64,000 nt of DNA from Rubrivivax sp. (GTDB lineage Bacteria > Pseudomonadota > Gammaproteobacteria > Burkholderiales > Burkholderiaceae_C), in assembly GCA_027484825.1 (NCBI GenBank), contig JAIXSE010000028.1:68925-132924 (forward strand), given 5' to 3'. Numbering within the stretch: position 1 is the first letter of the stretch; each line of letters starts with the position of its first letter. The notes under the pieces were generated by a model. The model saw only the letters and a list, made by a program, of their open reading frames with translations. It made no database searches and had not been told where the DNA came from. The position numbers and the translations under genes were made by a program. Below, in pieces: positions 24,287-33,984 of this stretch.

Positions 24287-27200
24287 TCAGTTGCGCAGTG
24301 GGATTTCGCGCCAGTTGATCACGCGAGTGGTGGTCGTCGTCGGGTTGGGTGGCTTGACGAATCCGGTGTCGCTCTTCGAGTCCGGCAGGGAGCCGCTCGC
24401 CGTCAGGACTGGGTCTCCAACGGGATCGCCAATCTCGCCGCCGCCGCCGCTGCCGCCGGAAACGTAACGGAGATCGGTCACGAACCAGTTTTGCACCGCG
24501 TACTTCGTGAAGCTGCCCGACCCCAGATCGAATTCGATCGGAATCGTCTGCGAGGTCCCATCGCAGCCGCCGCTGCTGCTGCTGCGGGGAAGGGCGGCGG
24601 CAAAGGCGGCCTTGTAGGTGCCATTGGCGGTCGCCGGGTCCACCACCACACGATAGCCGGTGGCATTCAGGGCCGTTGTCAGGTCCATGAAGAAGCCCAT
24701 CTTGCTGCTCGCCAGGGGTTGACCCAGCGTGATGTCCTGCAAGTCATGGCGCGTCGTGTTGCTCTCAACGATGGGCCAGGAGACGCCCGTGGGCAGCTGG
24801 GTGGCCGTCAGATAACCGTTGTTGTTGCCATCGAGGATCGCGTAGAGACGGTTTTTCGAGGTGTCGGCAATATCGTTCGAACTGAGGAGTCGGCCGGTGC
24901 CAACGATCACCCAGCGGCGGTTGCTGCCGTCCACCATGGGTATGGCCCGGGTGGTCACCGCCAGTTCCTTGTTGTCTGCATCCGTCAGCTTGGCAATCTT
25001 GACGGGCGACGAATAGCTGCCCGTGGCGTTGCTCACATCCAGACGCCAGAGGTTGCCATGCAGGTCCCCGGCGTACAGGCTCTCGGCCGTCATGTCGCGG
25101 CGGTCGGTGTACCACGGCTCGATGAAGGACAGTCCAGTCGGGGCCGTGGTGGTGCCGTCATCCTTGTTGGTGCCGGAGCTCGCCAGCGCCACCCGTTCCA
25201 GGAGGGCACCGGTACGGGCATTCAGGATGAAGAACGCACCCGTGCCATCCGCCGTGTTCATGCCGGAACCCACCACCACCACCCAGCCGTACTTGGCCAG
25301 CTTGGTGATGACCGGCTTGCCGAAGGTCAGACCCAACCGGCTGTCGGTGAACTCCCACATCACCCGCGAAGCGGCCTGGGTTTCGTTTGTCACGCTCAGA
25401 GCCGAGGTCAGATCCAGCGCATAAACACTGCGACCGCCCTTGCCCAGCGTGCCCACGGCGATGCTGTGCCACTCATTGCTGGTCAGCGACGAACCGTTGG
25501 TTCGCTTGAAGTCGACTTCGCCGACGGCGATCTCGCCATTGACCAGATAGCGGTGGTCGTACTTCGGATTGCCCACGGCCGCCAAGCCGCTGACGCTCGG
25601 CGTGTTGTCCGGGCCGGCGAACGCCGCGTTGGGGATGAAGGCAAACAACTCAGTGCCGCCGCCATCATTAGGCGACAGCGCGCCGTTGATCACATGCACC
25701 ATGCCGTTGTTGGCGCCCACCAGCAGGATGTTGGTGCGGTTTTTGTAGGTCTGCGCGTGCTCGGCATACCCAGGGTTGGCCGCATTGGACAGCCCGTAGT
25801 CGCCGCCCAGGGGGGGGCCCAGCACCACGACGCCCGTCTGGCCGATATCCGCCACCAACCGGTTGCTCTGACGCACCCGGAAGGCGCGGGTGCTGGCGCT
25901 GTCCACGGCGTTCTGTTCCTGGCTTTGGTCGCCACGCAGCCAGTTCAGGGTGAGTCGCCCGTCATCCACCGTGGTCCATGTGGGCTTGAGGTTGCCTTGC
26001 TGGGTCGCGGAAAGAGAGTCGAACTGGAAGCTCACCCCTGCCCGGGTGTCCGGGCGGTAGGTGACGATGCGGCGCTTGCTGGTGTCGCCGCCCATCTGGT
26101 CTGCCAGCCGGTCCTGGAAGTTCCAGCTGACGCTGTCGTAGACGATCGGTTGGTCCACCTTGCTCACCGCGTTGGCCCAGACGTTGCCGGTCCAGTTCTT
26201 GGGTTCGTAGCTGCTGCCGTAGGCAATGGTGCCCTGACTGACCAACGGACTGGCTGTCTGGAACGAGGACGATGCCACCGCTAGATCGCTGGCGATCGAG
26301 GCAAAGGCCGTTGTCAGGCCCGCCACCATGGCGTCAGCCTTGGCCGCGGTGTAGTAGGTGTCCGGACGGAGTTGATCACCCACCTTGTCGGTATCCGGGC
26401 CAGTGTGCCACCAGTTGGTGTTGTTGGCGAAATCCGCGGCCTTGGCCGTGGTCACGTCATAGCCGGTGGGCACGGCGAAGCCGCCGTACTTCGTGGCCAG
26501 ATAGAACTGGTTGTTGCTCTTGTAGGCCTGGTATTCCAGCACGTCCAGCCAGTAGGTCTTGACGGTCTGTTTGCCGTCAATGTCGGCGCGGATGTCCTGG
26601 GTGTTGGCGTAGTACGCCATGCCCGCCATCAAGGCGCCGTTGTTGCTGCAGCAGCCGTTGTAGCCTTGGATCGTGCCCAGGTTGGCAATGCCTTGCAGGT
26701 CACCCACCCGGTTGGTCCAGGTCAGCGCGTTCATCGTTGTGTCCGCAGCCACCTTCGGGGGTTGGGTCGCGGGTTCGGAATTGCCTGTCGCGCCGGGCAA
26801 GTCCCGGTCCGCGTGGGTGTTGACGTCACCGATCCCCAGAATGAAGTTCTTCTGGCAGGAGTAGATGATCGGGTCGTCCCAGGTGGTGATCACCGGGAAT
26901 CCATCCGCATAGGTGGTGAGCGTGTCCCCCGTGGCAGTACCGGGCGATGTGTACTCCGGCACATTGCCCAGGTTGCGGTAGTAGCGCAAGGCTGCGTAGT
27001 ACAGCTCGCCCACCGGGTCATTGCTCTTGTAGGAGTTGCCGATGATCTGGCCAAACTTGTTGACGTAGTTCATCACTCCGCTGTTGGTGACGGTGATGCC
27101 GTAATAGGTGGCCAGGGCCGCCGCGTCTGCAGAGTCCGGATTGGTCACCATCACACCGGTGGTGGCGTCCCATTCCGCAGCCGGGTTGGCCACCGCCGCC

Positions 27201-28096
27201 ATGCCAGGCTCAGCCTTGGTCGGGCCCACATACTTCATGCGGGCGCGCATGACACCGCCATCGCGACCGTTACCGCCATCGTTCAGGTAGCCGAAAGCGC
27301 TGAAGCGGATCTTGTCGGAGTAGCGTTGAATCAGCCCTTCGGGCTTGTAGCCCTGGCTGTATTTGACGCAGTTCGATTCCAGGGTACCGGCAGAGGTGCT
27401 GGAGTCGCACACCTTCACCCGCACGTTGACTTCATAGACCTTCCTGCCATCAATGTCGGTGGTGGATCCCCACGGGATGCCGTCCGTCACATTGTTGTTA
27501 TTGCCGGTGTTGGTGAAGAACAACCGGTTGCCCAGGCCCTGGATGCGCAGTTTCATCTGGCCCCAGTTCAGCGGCGTTGCGCTGCTGATGGAGGCAGTGA
27601 TGGTGCGGTCCGGGAAGTTGCTGTTGCCGCCTTGGCCCGTCGCCTTGGCCTTCTCAATGATGGTTTCCGTGGGCGTGTCCTTGACACGGTAGCCCCCGGT
27701 CAGGGCCCAGCGGAACGGGTCGATGGTCTGCATCGACGCCCAGTTCATGAAGTTGCCGCTCCACTTGCCATTGCAGGCGTGGTTGGTGGCGGCGCCTGCA
27801 GGTTGGAAGTAGCGGTCGGCGGCCGTTACCGCATAGACATAGTTGTAGCACTTGTCCGGATCGAAGTAGCCGATGTAGGTGGTCGCCTGCACATAGGTCT
27901 TGTCCAGGTGGGTGTTGCTCACCGCAGTCGGGAATTCCACCGACAAAGTCAGCGCCAGATTGCCTGGCACCACGGTGGCGGTGAGGGGAGACACGTCCCC
28001 CAGTTTGGTCTGCGCCGACGCGGGTCCCGGCAGAGCCAGGCAGGCCGCCATCGCCGCGCTGCCAAGACAGCGCATCAAGGTTGATAGCTTGTTCAT
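24287..28096 (-). CDS. pilY1: Type IV pilus tip adhesin PilY1 (PilC beta-propeller C-terminus)
   Basis: Signal peptide, 'GANNGMVHVI', 'GTLGKGGRSVYALD', 'YAGDLHGNLWRLD', C-terminal 'RVINWREI'; start MNKLS at 28096. Confidence 0.92.
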   Translation of the reverse strand: MNKLSTLMRCLGSAAMAACLALPGPASAQTKLGDVSPLTATVVPGNLALTLSVEFPTAVSNTHLDKTYVQATTYIGYFDPDKCYNYVYAVTAADRYFQPAGAATNHACNGKWSGNFMNWASMQTIDPFRWALTGGYRVKDTPTETIIEKAKATGQGGNSNFPDRTITASISSATPLNWGQMKLRIQGLGNRLFFTNTGNNNNVTDGIPWGSTTDIDGRKVYEVNVRVKVCDSSTSAGTLESNCVKYSQGYKPEGLIQRYSDKIRFSAFGYLNDGGNGRDGGVMRARMKYVGPTKAEPGMAAVANPAAEWDATTGVMVTNPDSADAAALATYYGITVTNSGVMNYVNKFGQIIGNSYKSNDPVGELYYAALRYYRNLGNVPEYTSPGTATGDTLTTYADGFPVITTWDDPIIYSCQKNFILGIGDVNTHADRDLPGATGNSEPATQPPKVAADTTMNALTWTNRVGDLQGIANLGTIQGYNGCCSNNGALMAGMAYYANTQDIRADIDGKQTVKTYWLDVLEYQAYKSNNQFYLATKYGGFAVPTGYDVTTAKAADFANNTNWWHTGPDTDKVGDQLRPDTYYTAAKADAMVAGLTTAFASIASDLAVASSSFQTASPLVSQGTIAYGSSYEPKNWTGNVWANAVSKVDQPIVYDSVSWNFQDRLADQMGGDTSKRRIVTYRPDTRAGVSFQFDSLSATQQGNLKPTWTTVDDGRLTLNWLRGDQSQEQNAVDSASTRAFRVRQSNRLVADIGQTGVVVLGPPLGGDYGLSNAANPGYAEHAQTYKNRTNILLVGANNGMVHVINGALSPNDGGGTELFAFIPNAAFAGPDNTPSVSGLAAVGNPKYDHRYLVNGEIAVGEVDFKRTNGSSLTSNEWHSIAVGTLGKGGRSVYALDLTSALSVTNETQAASRVMWEFTDSRLGLTFGKPVITKLAKYGWVVVVGSGMNTADGTGAFFILNARTGALLERVALASSGTNKDDGTTTAPTGLSFIEPWYTDRRDMTAESLYAGDLHGNLWRLDVSNATGSYSSPVKIAKLTDADNKELAVTTRAIPMVDGSNRRWVIVGTGRLLSSNDIADTSKNRLYAILDGNNNGYLTATQLPTGVSWPIVESNTTRHDLQDITLGQPLASSKMGFFMDLTTALNATGYRVVVDPATANGTYKAAFAAALPRSSSSGGCDGTSQTIPIEFDLGSGSFTKYAVQNWFVTDLRYVSGGSGGGGEIGDPVGDPVLTASGSLPDSKSDTGFVKPPNPTTTTTRVINWREIPLRN

Positions 28097-28104
28097 GTGA
28101 GACC

Positions 28105-28749
28105 TTAGTTGCTCATCGTCGCTTGATAGAACGACTGGGCGCCGCGCGGGCCGTCCACCCGAACGGTCACCCGATACAGCGGCTTGACGCCGGTCGGAAG
28201 GTTGATGTTGGAGTTGCCGCCCTGCGCCACTACGGTGGGCGTGAGGCATGTGGAAGTGGCGAATGCGCCTGCGGCCTGGCACAGCCGATCAATGACGTAG
28301 TACATCGTCACGTTGGGCGCGGTGTAGGAGCCGAGGGCTGACGCTGTGGTCAGGTTCACCACATTGGTGGCCACACCCTTGCCGTCGAGTGTGGAGGGGC
28401 TCGTGCCCACCAGGACAGTGGGAATGCCCTCCGGAGTCACCGGCAGGATCGCGGCGCTGTAATTGCGCGAGGTGTCGTCGGTCTCCGGGTTGGTGAGGCC
28501 GTTCAAGCCGGTCATGGCTGTTCGCATGGCCACTTCGGCCTGGTTGGCCATATCGCGCTTGATCCCGACGTTGCCGGCGTTGGCCAGCGATGCATTCATG
28601 GAGCGCAGGGCAGCCACTGCGCCAATCATCATGATGGCCAGCGTGATCAGCGCAATGACCATGATGATGCCGGACTGGCGGTGTCGATGGGAACGGGACG
28701 AGCTCATGGTGTCCGCAAGATTGAAGCGTCGATGGGAGAGGTGCGACAT
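28105..28749 (-). CDS. pilX: Minor pilin PilX-like
   Basis: 'QSG|IIMVIALITL' prepilin leader lacking E5, typical of PilX; start may be 28707. Confidence 0.8.
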   Translation of the reverse strand: MSHLSHRRFNLADTMSSSRSHRHRQSGIIMVIALITLAIMMIGAVAALRSMNASLANAGNVGIKRDMANQAEVAMRTAMTGLNGLTNPETDDTSRNYSAAILPVTPEGIPTVLVGTSPSTLDGKGVATNVVNLTTASALGSYTAPNVTMYYVIDRLCQAAGAFATSTCLTPTVVAQGGNSNINLPTGVKPLYRVTVRVDGPRGAQSFYQATMSN

Positions 28750-29993
28750 CAGTTGGGCACTCCCGAGCGAAGGGTGGTGATCACGTTGCGCAGCGGGACG
28801 GTGAACTCCACCACCACATGCCGACGCTGGCGATCCGCCACCGTGTAGGTGGATTGAAGGGTGGTGGCCATGCTGGGGAACATGGTCAGCGTGGCCGGCG
28901 CCACGTTGTAGGTGGACCGGGTGGTGGAGGTGCTACCCAGGGCAGCGCTGGGCGCTGTCGAGGGGACCAAGTCTTCCACCTGCTGCGACCGCAGCACCAG
29001 CGACACCTTGGCGGCAATGATCCGGCGAGCGACCGCCTGGTTGGCGGAAACGGTGGCGGCGTCGTAACCCGTGGTGCGGGGGCCGACCCACGAGTCGATC
29101 AGGCCGTCGCCCGTGGTATCCACCCCGTAGAGCACCCGCATGTCCATCACGCCATCGGCCAGCGGCACTGCGACGGTGCTGCTGGAGCTGGAATTGGTGA
29201 AGCGCAGCAGGTCGTAACGCACCAGTTGCTGCGAACTGTTGATGCCCAGCAGGAAGAAGCGCGGCGGGTTGCCGTTCGTGGCGTTGCCCAGCACGAAGGT
29301 TTGTGTGGTGGCGGCACCCACGGAGCGGTCATTGAGCGCCTGGCCGTTGATGACCGAGGCGTAGTAGTCGCCGCCCAGGTTGACCTGGTCGTCGTTGATC
29401 GAGGACACCTGCTCGATCATGCAGGGCATGCCGCTTTCAGCCAGCAGCAGCAGGTCGTCACCCTGAATGCCCAGAGTGGAGGTGAGACGGAACAGGTTGG
29501 TGGCCATGCTCTTGCTGCGGGCCGGATTGGGCACCTCACCGAGACCGCCTGTGCCGGTCATGATCTGCAGCACGTCCGGCGTGGTCGTCGCAGTGCCGGC
29601 ATAGGCGACCAGGGGTGCCATGCGAACCGTCTGCGGGACGCTGGCAAACGGCGCCGGGAAAGCTGCGGGCGCAGGCAGGATCTGGGTGTTCTGACGGGAT
29701 GCGGTCAGGGTGCAGCCGTAGCTATCCCCCCAACTGGTGCTGAACCCCGAGCCGGCGCTGCGGATCTGGCGGTCCAGGTCGTAACTGAGGTAGGCCGCCG
29801 TCGAGGACAGGTCGGACGATGCCGAGCGCTCCCGCTTGCCCGTCTCGAACTTGCTGTTGAGCAGCCCCATGGCGACGATCAGGCCCATGCCGATCACCAG
29901 GGCCACCATCAGTTCGATGAGGGAGAAGCCGCGGGTCGTCCGGGACTGACGCAGCGGCAGTCGGGCCGGCGTGTGGATGCGATGCTGGGTCAT
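28749..29993 (-). CDS. pilW: Minor pilin PilW-like
   Basis: 'RG|FSLIELMVAL', 'LYGVDTTGDGLIDSW', C-terminal 'VPLRN'. Confidence 0.88.
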   Translation of the reverse strand: MTQHRIHTPARLPLRQSRTTRGFSLIELMVALVIGMGLIVAMGLLNSKFETGKRERSASSDLSSTAAYLSYDLDRQIRSAGSGFSTSWGDSYGCTLTASRQNTQILPAPAAFPAPFASVPQTVRMAPLVAYAGTATTTPDVLQIMTGTGGLGEVPNPARSKSMATNLFRLTSTLGIQGDDLLLLAESGMPCMIEQVSSINDDQVNLGGDYYASVINGQALNDRSVGAATTQTFVLGNATNGNPPRFFLLGINSSQQLVRYDLLRFTNSSSSSTVAVPLADGVMDMRVLYGVDTTGDGLIDSWVGPRTTGYDAATVSANQAVARRIIAAKVSLVLRSQQVEDLVPSTAPSAALGSTSTTRSTYNVAPATLTMFPSMATTLQSTYTVADRQRRHVVVEFTVPLRNVITTLRSGVPN

Positions 29994-29995
29994 GA

Positions 29996-30430
29996 TCAGT
30001 TGTTCAACCGCACGTCGGTGAAGTACTGGCGCGTGGTCGACAGGCCCGGCGAGGTGCCCGGAGGCGTCCAGGTGACGGTGATGCGCGCGAAGTTGATGGT
30101 GGAGTTCGGTTGCTGGACGGAGCCGGAGCCGCCGGGCAGGCCGTCGACCGTGGCATTGGCCAGTCGGGTTTGCCACGCGGTCACGACGGCGGTTGGCAGA
30201 TTCACCGTGCCTCGGAGCCACATTTCGGTGGCCAACTCGTTGGCCAGCGCGGCGGCCCGCTGCTGGTCATCGGTGGCGACGGTGGCCTGGGTGGCCTTGG
30301 CCATCACGGACACCAGACCCACCACCCCCAGCGTCATCACCAGGATGGCGCAGAGGATTTCGATCAGGGTCATGCCGCGAGCACGTCGGCGTGCAATCTT
30401 GGGCTGTAGAGAGGACTTGATCATGATCAT
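29996..30430 (-). CDS. pilV: Minor pilin PilV-like
   Basis: 'RG|MTLIEILCAILVMTLGVVGL'. Confidence 0.85.
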   Translation of the reverse strand: MIMIKSSLQPKIARRRARGMTLIEILCAILVMTLGVVGLVSVMAKATQATVATDDQQRAAALANELATEMWLRGTVNLPTAVVTAWQTRLANATVDGLPGGSGSVQQPNSTINFARITVTWTPPGTSPGLSTTRQYFTDVRLNN

Positions 30431-31068
30431 GGTGTGGCGGTCACACCCGTGGGGGTTTGATTGGTCGCAGGGCAGCCATCGGCGGCGGCAGAAGCCAGAC
30501 GTTGCGAGTCACAGGTGCGCACGCCGCCGCCCAGCGTTACCCACACCTGGAGCTTCTTCAAGTTGGCCGTGGTGGCGGTGGTGTCCACCCCATAAATGAT
30601 CTGGTCGGTGGCGGGCAGGGTGCAGGCAGTGCCCACGCCCGTGGCGCTCGACGGAAGCGCCGTCGGCCGGCCGCTGCTGCCAAAGCACAGAACCGCAGGT
30701 CCGGAGACGGTGACCTGTGGCGACGCTTCGGTGAGGCTGCCGCACTTGACCACCGACGCACTGCCCGTGGAGACCAGCGGCAGCGTCACGATCACCCAAC
30801 GATTGCCAGTGGCCGATGCGGTTGCAGTGGCGGTGCAGTTGGTCGCGGCGGTGCGATAGAACAGGACTTGGCGGAAGGTCCGGGACGCTTCCGTCTGGGC
30901 TTCCTTCAGCACCACCTGCAGATTGGTCGCCGAGTTGCGGACCTGCGTATTGGCCGAGAAGGCGCGCAGGCCCGGCACCGCATAGGCGCTGACCATGGCG
31001 ATGATGGCGATCACCACCATCAGCTCCAGCAAGGTCAGGCCCCGCTGACGGAGAGAGCTCAGCTGCAT
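30427..31068 (-). CDS. fimT: Minor pilin FimT/FimU-like
   Basis: 'RG|[13 protein letters not shown]', GspH/FimT-like 'FGSSGRP'. Confidence 0.82.
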   Translation of the reverse strand: MQLSSLRQRGLTLLELMVVIAIIAMVSAYAVPGLRAFSANTQVRNSATNLQVVLKEAQTEASRTFRQVLFYRTAATNCTATATASATGNRWVIVTLPLVSTGSASVVKCGSLTEASPQVTVSGPAVLCFGSSGRPTALPSSATGVGTACTLPATDQIIYGVDTTATTANLKKLQVWVTLGGGVRTCDSQRLASAAADGCPATNQTPTGVTATP

Positions 31069-31553
31069 GAGTCACCCTTCTTGGTGATCCACTTCGTGCC
31101 GGTGCAGTCGCTCGCCAAACGCCAGCCCGTGGGGGCGGGCGAGCCGATGCTGGTGGTCTTGCCGTCGGACTGGTCCACCTTGTAGACGAACCCGGCCACC
31201 GTGCCGCTGCCGGTCGCCGTCAGCGTATAGCCCGTGGCACTCACTGTGGCCGTGGTGCAGGCGATGGTGAACTTGCCAACGGTCTGGCTGGTCAGGCAGG
31301 GCGGGTTGGTGGTGCCCACCGCCTGGTACGTGCGGTAATCCTGGAAGTAGCGTTCCATGTCGGTGCGGCTGTTGGTCAAGCCGGTCACCGCATCGGTCAC
31401 AGCACCGCGGATCACGTAATCCCGATACGACGGCAACGCCACCGCCACCAGCACACCGACGATCGCCACCACAATCATCAGCTCGATGAGGGTGAAGCCC
31501 CGCTGACCTGTCTTTGTCAGTCGGCCAATCTTGCTTTGTAGAGTCCCAGCCAT
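31059..31553 (-). CDS. pilE: Minor pilin PilE-like
   Basis: 'RG|[28 protein letters not shown]', 'MERYFQD', 'YTLTATG'. Confidence 0.88.
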   Translation of the reverse strand: MAGTLQSKIGRLTKTGQRGFTLIELMIVVAIVGVLVAVALPSYRDYVIRGAVTDAVTGLTNSRTDMERYFQDYRTYQAVGTTNPPCLTSQTVGKFTIACTTATVSATGYTLTATGSGTVAGFVYKVDQSDGKTTSIGSPAPTGWRLASDCTGTKWITKKGDSCS

Positions 31554-31810
31554 TTAACACTCCTGTTTGCAGAAATTATCGACAGCGACATGATGAAGGC
31601 GAGGCCGCTCATCGCGCCTCGGGTTCCGCCCGTCTTGCGGGGGTCTTGAACTGTGAACTTCGTCACAACTGCGCCAGGGGTGGCGGCGTCAAGGGGTTGG
31701 GCGCAACTGTCGCAATTCCTCTGCGCCTCAGATGAGCTCCGGCATCAATCCGGGCTTTACCCTATGATCCCGGCTCCCGGTCGGACGCTCGCCCGCCGAA
31801 CTCACTGACA

Positions 31811-32656
31811 ATGGCATTCACCGATCCCCATCCCACCATTCCAGCTGGTCCTCTGATTGAAGTTAGGGATGTGACCTGCGGCTATGCAGATCGCATCATC
31901 CTGAGCAACGTCAATCTGAGCCTTGCCCGCGGCAAGGTGTTGGCGCTGATCGGCTCGTCCGGCGGCGGCAAGACCACTTTGCTGCGGCTGCTGACGCGTC
32001 AGCTCAAGCCGATCTCCGGTCAGGTGCTCTTTGACGGGCAGGACCTGGCACCGATGAAACAGGACCAGCTCTATGCCCAGCGGCGACGCATGGGCATGCT
32101 GTTCCAGTTCGGTGCACTGTTCAGCGACCTCAGCGTGTTCGAGAACGTGGCGTTTCCGCTGCGGGAGCACACCCGGCTGTCGGAGGCCATGATTCGTGAC
32201 CTGGTGCTGATGAAGCTCAATGCCGTCGGTCTGCGCGGCGCCCGCGATCTCATGCCGAACGAAATCTCCGGCGGCATGGCGCGACGTGTGGCCCTGGCCC
32301 GCGCCATCGCCCTGGACCCGGACCTGGTGCTGTACGACGAGCCTTTCGCCGGACTGGATCCGATCTCGCTGGGCGTGACCGCCCGCCTGATCCGCGATCT
32401 CAACGACGCCCTGGGCCTGACCAGCGTGATCGTCACCCACGACCTGCACGAGACCTTCGCCATCGCCGACCATGTGGTGATGGTGGCTAATGGCGGTGTG
32501 GTGGCGCAGGGCACGCCCGCCGAGCTCAAGGCGAGCGAAGACCCCCTGGTGCGCCAGTTCGTGAATGCGCAGCCGGACGGGCCGGTGCGTTTCCATCAGC
32601 CGGCACCCACGATGCAGAACGATTTCGGGCTGCCTGAACCTGAGGAAGCGGCATGA
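31811..32656 (+). CDS. mlaF: Mla ABC ATP-binding subunit
   Basis: GSSGGGKT, 'MLFQFGALF', '[13 protein letters not shown]', 'DEPFAGLDP'. Confidence 0.95.
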   Translation: MAFTDPHPTIPAGPLIEVRDVTCGYADRIILSNVNLSLARGKVLALIGSSGGGKTTLLRLLTRQLKPISGQVLFDGQDLAPMKQDQLYAQRRRMGMLFQFGALFSDLSVFENVAFPLREHTRLSEAMIRDLVLMKLNAVGLRGARDLMPNEISGGMARRVALARAIALDPDLVLYDEPFAGLDPISLGVTARLIRDLNDALGLTSVIVTHDLHETFAIADHVVMVANGGVVAQGTPAELKASEDPLVRQFVNAQPDGPVRFHQPAPTMQNDFGLPEPEEAA

Positions 32657-33441
32657 ATGCGGTGACCAATATGGCATCCGCCATCGGACGCGGGCTGCGT
32701 CTGAAGCTGGTGGACTGGGGCGCTTCCACCCGTCTGCTGGGCCTGCTGCTGCTGGGTCTGGGCGGCTGCCTGCGCCGCTTCGTGCTGGTGCGGGAACAGG
32801 TCTTTTATCTGGGTAACCGGTCGCTGTCGATCATCGGCGTGTCCGGGCTGTTCGTCGGCTTTGTGCTGGCGCTGCAGGGCTACTACACCTTGCAGCGGTA
32901 TGGCTCCGCCGAGGCTGTGGGGCTGCTGGTGGCGCTGAGCCTGGTGCGGGAACTGGGCCCGGTGGTGGCGGCACTGCTGTTCGCGGGCCGCGCGGGGACC
33001 TCACTGACCGCGGAAATCGGCCTGATGAAGTCCGATGAAGTGCTCACCGCGATGGAAATGATGGCGGTGGACCCCATCCAGCGGGTGCTGGCCCCCCGTT
33101 TCTGGGGCGGTTTCATTGCCATGCCCCTGCTGGCGGCGGTTTTCTCGGCCGTGGGTATCGTCGGCGGATGGCTGGTGGCCGTGCCGCTGATCGGCGTGGA
33201 TGCCGGCTCGTTCTGGTCCCAGATGCAGGGCGGTGTGGATGTCTTCGCCGATGTGGGCAATGGCGTCATCAAGAGCGTGGTGTTCGGCATCACCGTCAGC
33301 TTCGTGGCGCTGCTCCAGGGTTACACCTGCAAGCCCACCCCCGAAGGAGTGGCGGCTGCGACCACGCGCACGGTGGTCATCTCGTCCCTGGCAGTGCTGG
33401 CCCTGGACTTCATGCTGACCGCCATGATGTTCTCGATCTGA
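32653..33441 (+). CDS. mlaE: Mla permease
   Basis: '[25 protein letters not shown]', '[11 protein letters not shown]'. Confidence 0.95.
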   Translation: MNAVTNMASAIGRGLRLKLVDWGASTRLLGLLLLGLGGCLRRFVLVREQVFYLGNRSLSIIGVSGLFVGFVLALQGYYTLQRYGSAEAVGLLVALSLVRELGPVVAALLFAGRAGTSLTAEIGLMKSDEVLTAMEMMAVDPIQRVLAPRFWGGFIAMPLLAAVFSAVGIVGGWLVAVPLIGVDAGSFWSQMQGGVDVFADVGNGVIKSVVFGITVSFVALLQGYTCKPTPEGVAAATTRTVVISSLAVLALDFMLTAMMFSI

Positions 33442-33507
33442 GTGGCCGGCTGTCCGCTCCGTTCGCTGTTTGAGTTCGTTTGATTTCGATTTGATCCGGA
33501 GTTGCAG

Positions 33508-33984
33508 ATGCAATCCTCACGTTATGACGCCTGGGTCGGTTTCTTTGTGCTGATCGGCGCCGCAGCCTTGCTGTTCCTGGCACTGAAGGCCGGCAACCTG
33601 CTCAGCCTGAATCTGGAAGACACCTACACCGTCACCGCCAAGTTCGACAACATCGGCGGCCTCAAGCCCCGTGCGGCCGTCAAGAGCGCCGGCGTGGTGG
33701 TGGGCCGCGTGGATTCGATCAGCTTTGATGACAAGAGCTTCCAGGCCCGCGTGGTCCTGAAGCTGAACCAGGGCGTGGCCTTCCCCAAGGACAGCTCGGC
33801 CAAGATCCTGACCTCCGGCCTGCTGGGGGAGCAGTACATCGGCCTGGAGCCCGGCGCGGATGAGAAGAACCTGGCGTCCGGCGACATGATCAAGCAGACC
33901 CAGTCCGCGGTCGTTCTGGAAAACCTCATTGGCCAATTCCTCTACAACAAGGCGGCCGATGCTTCTTCGGGAGAGAACAAATGA
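33508..33984 (+). CDS. mlaD: MCE-domain protein MlaD
   Basis: 'FDNIGGLKPRAAVKSAGVVVGRV', 'TSGLLGEQYI'. Confidence 0.95.
   Translation: MQSSRYDAWVGFFVLIGAAALLFLALKAGNLLSLNLEDTYTVTAKFDNIGGLKPRAAVKSAGVVVGRVDSISFDDKSFQARVVLKLNQGVAFPKDSSAKILTSGLLGEQYIGLEPGADEKNLASGDMIKQTQSAVVLENLIGQFLYNKAADASSGENK

Noticed and set aside
25930-25945. RGD motif in PilY1 as an integrin-binding signal
   Set aside because: 'LRGD' is a common structural motif in PilY1 proteins; there is no evidence of host interaction.
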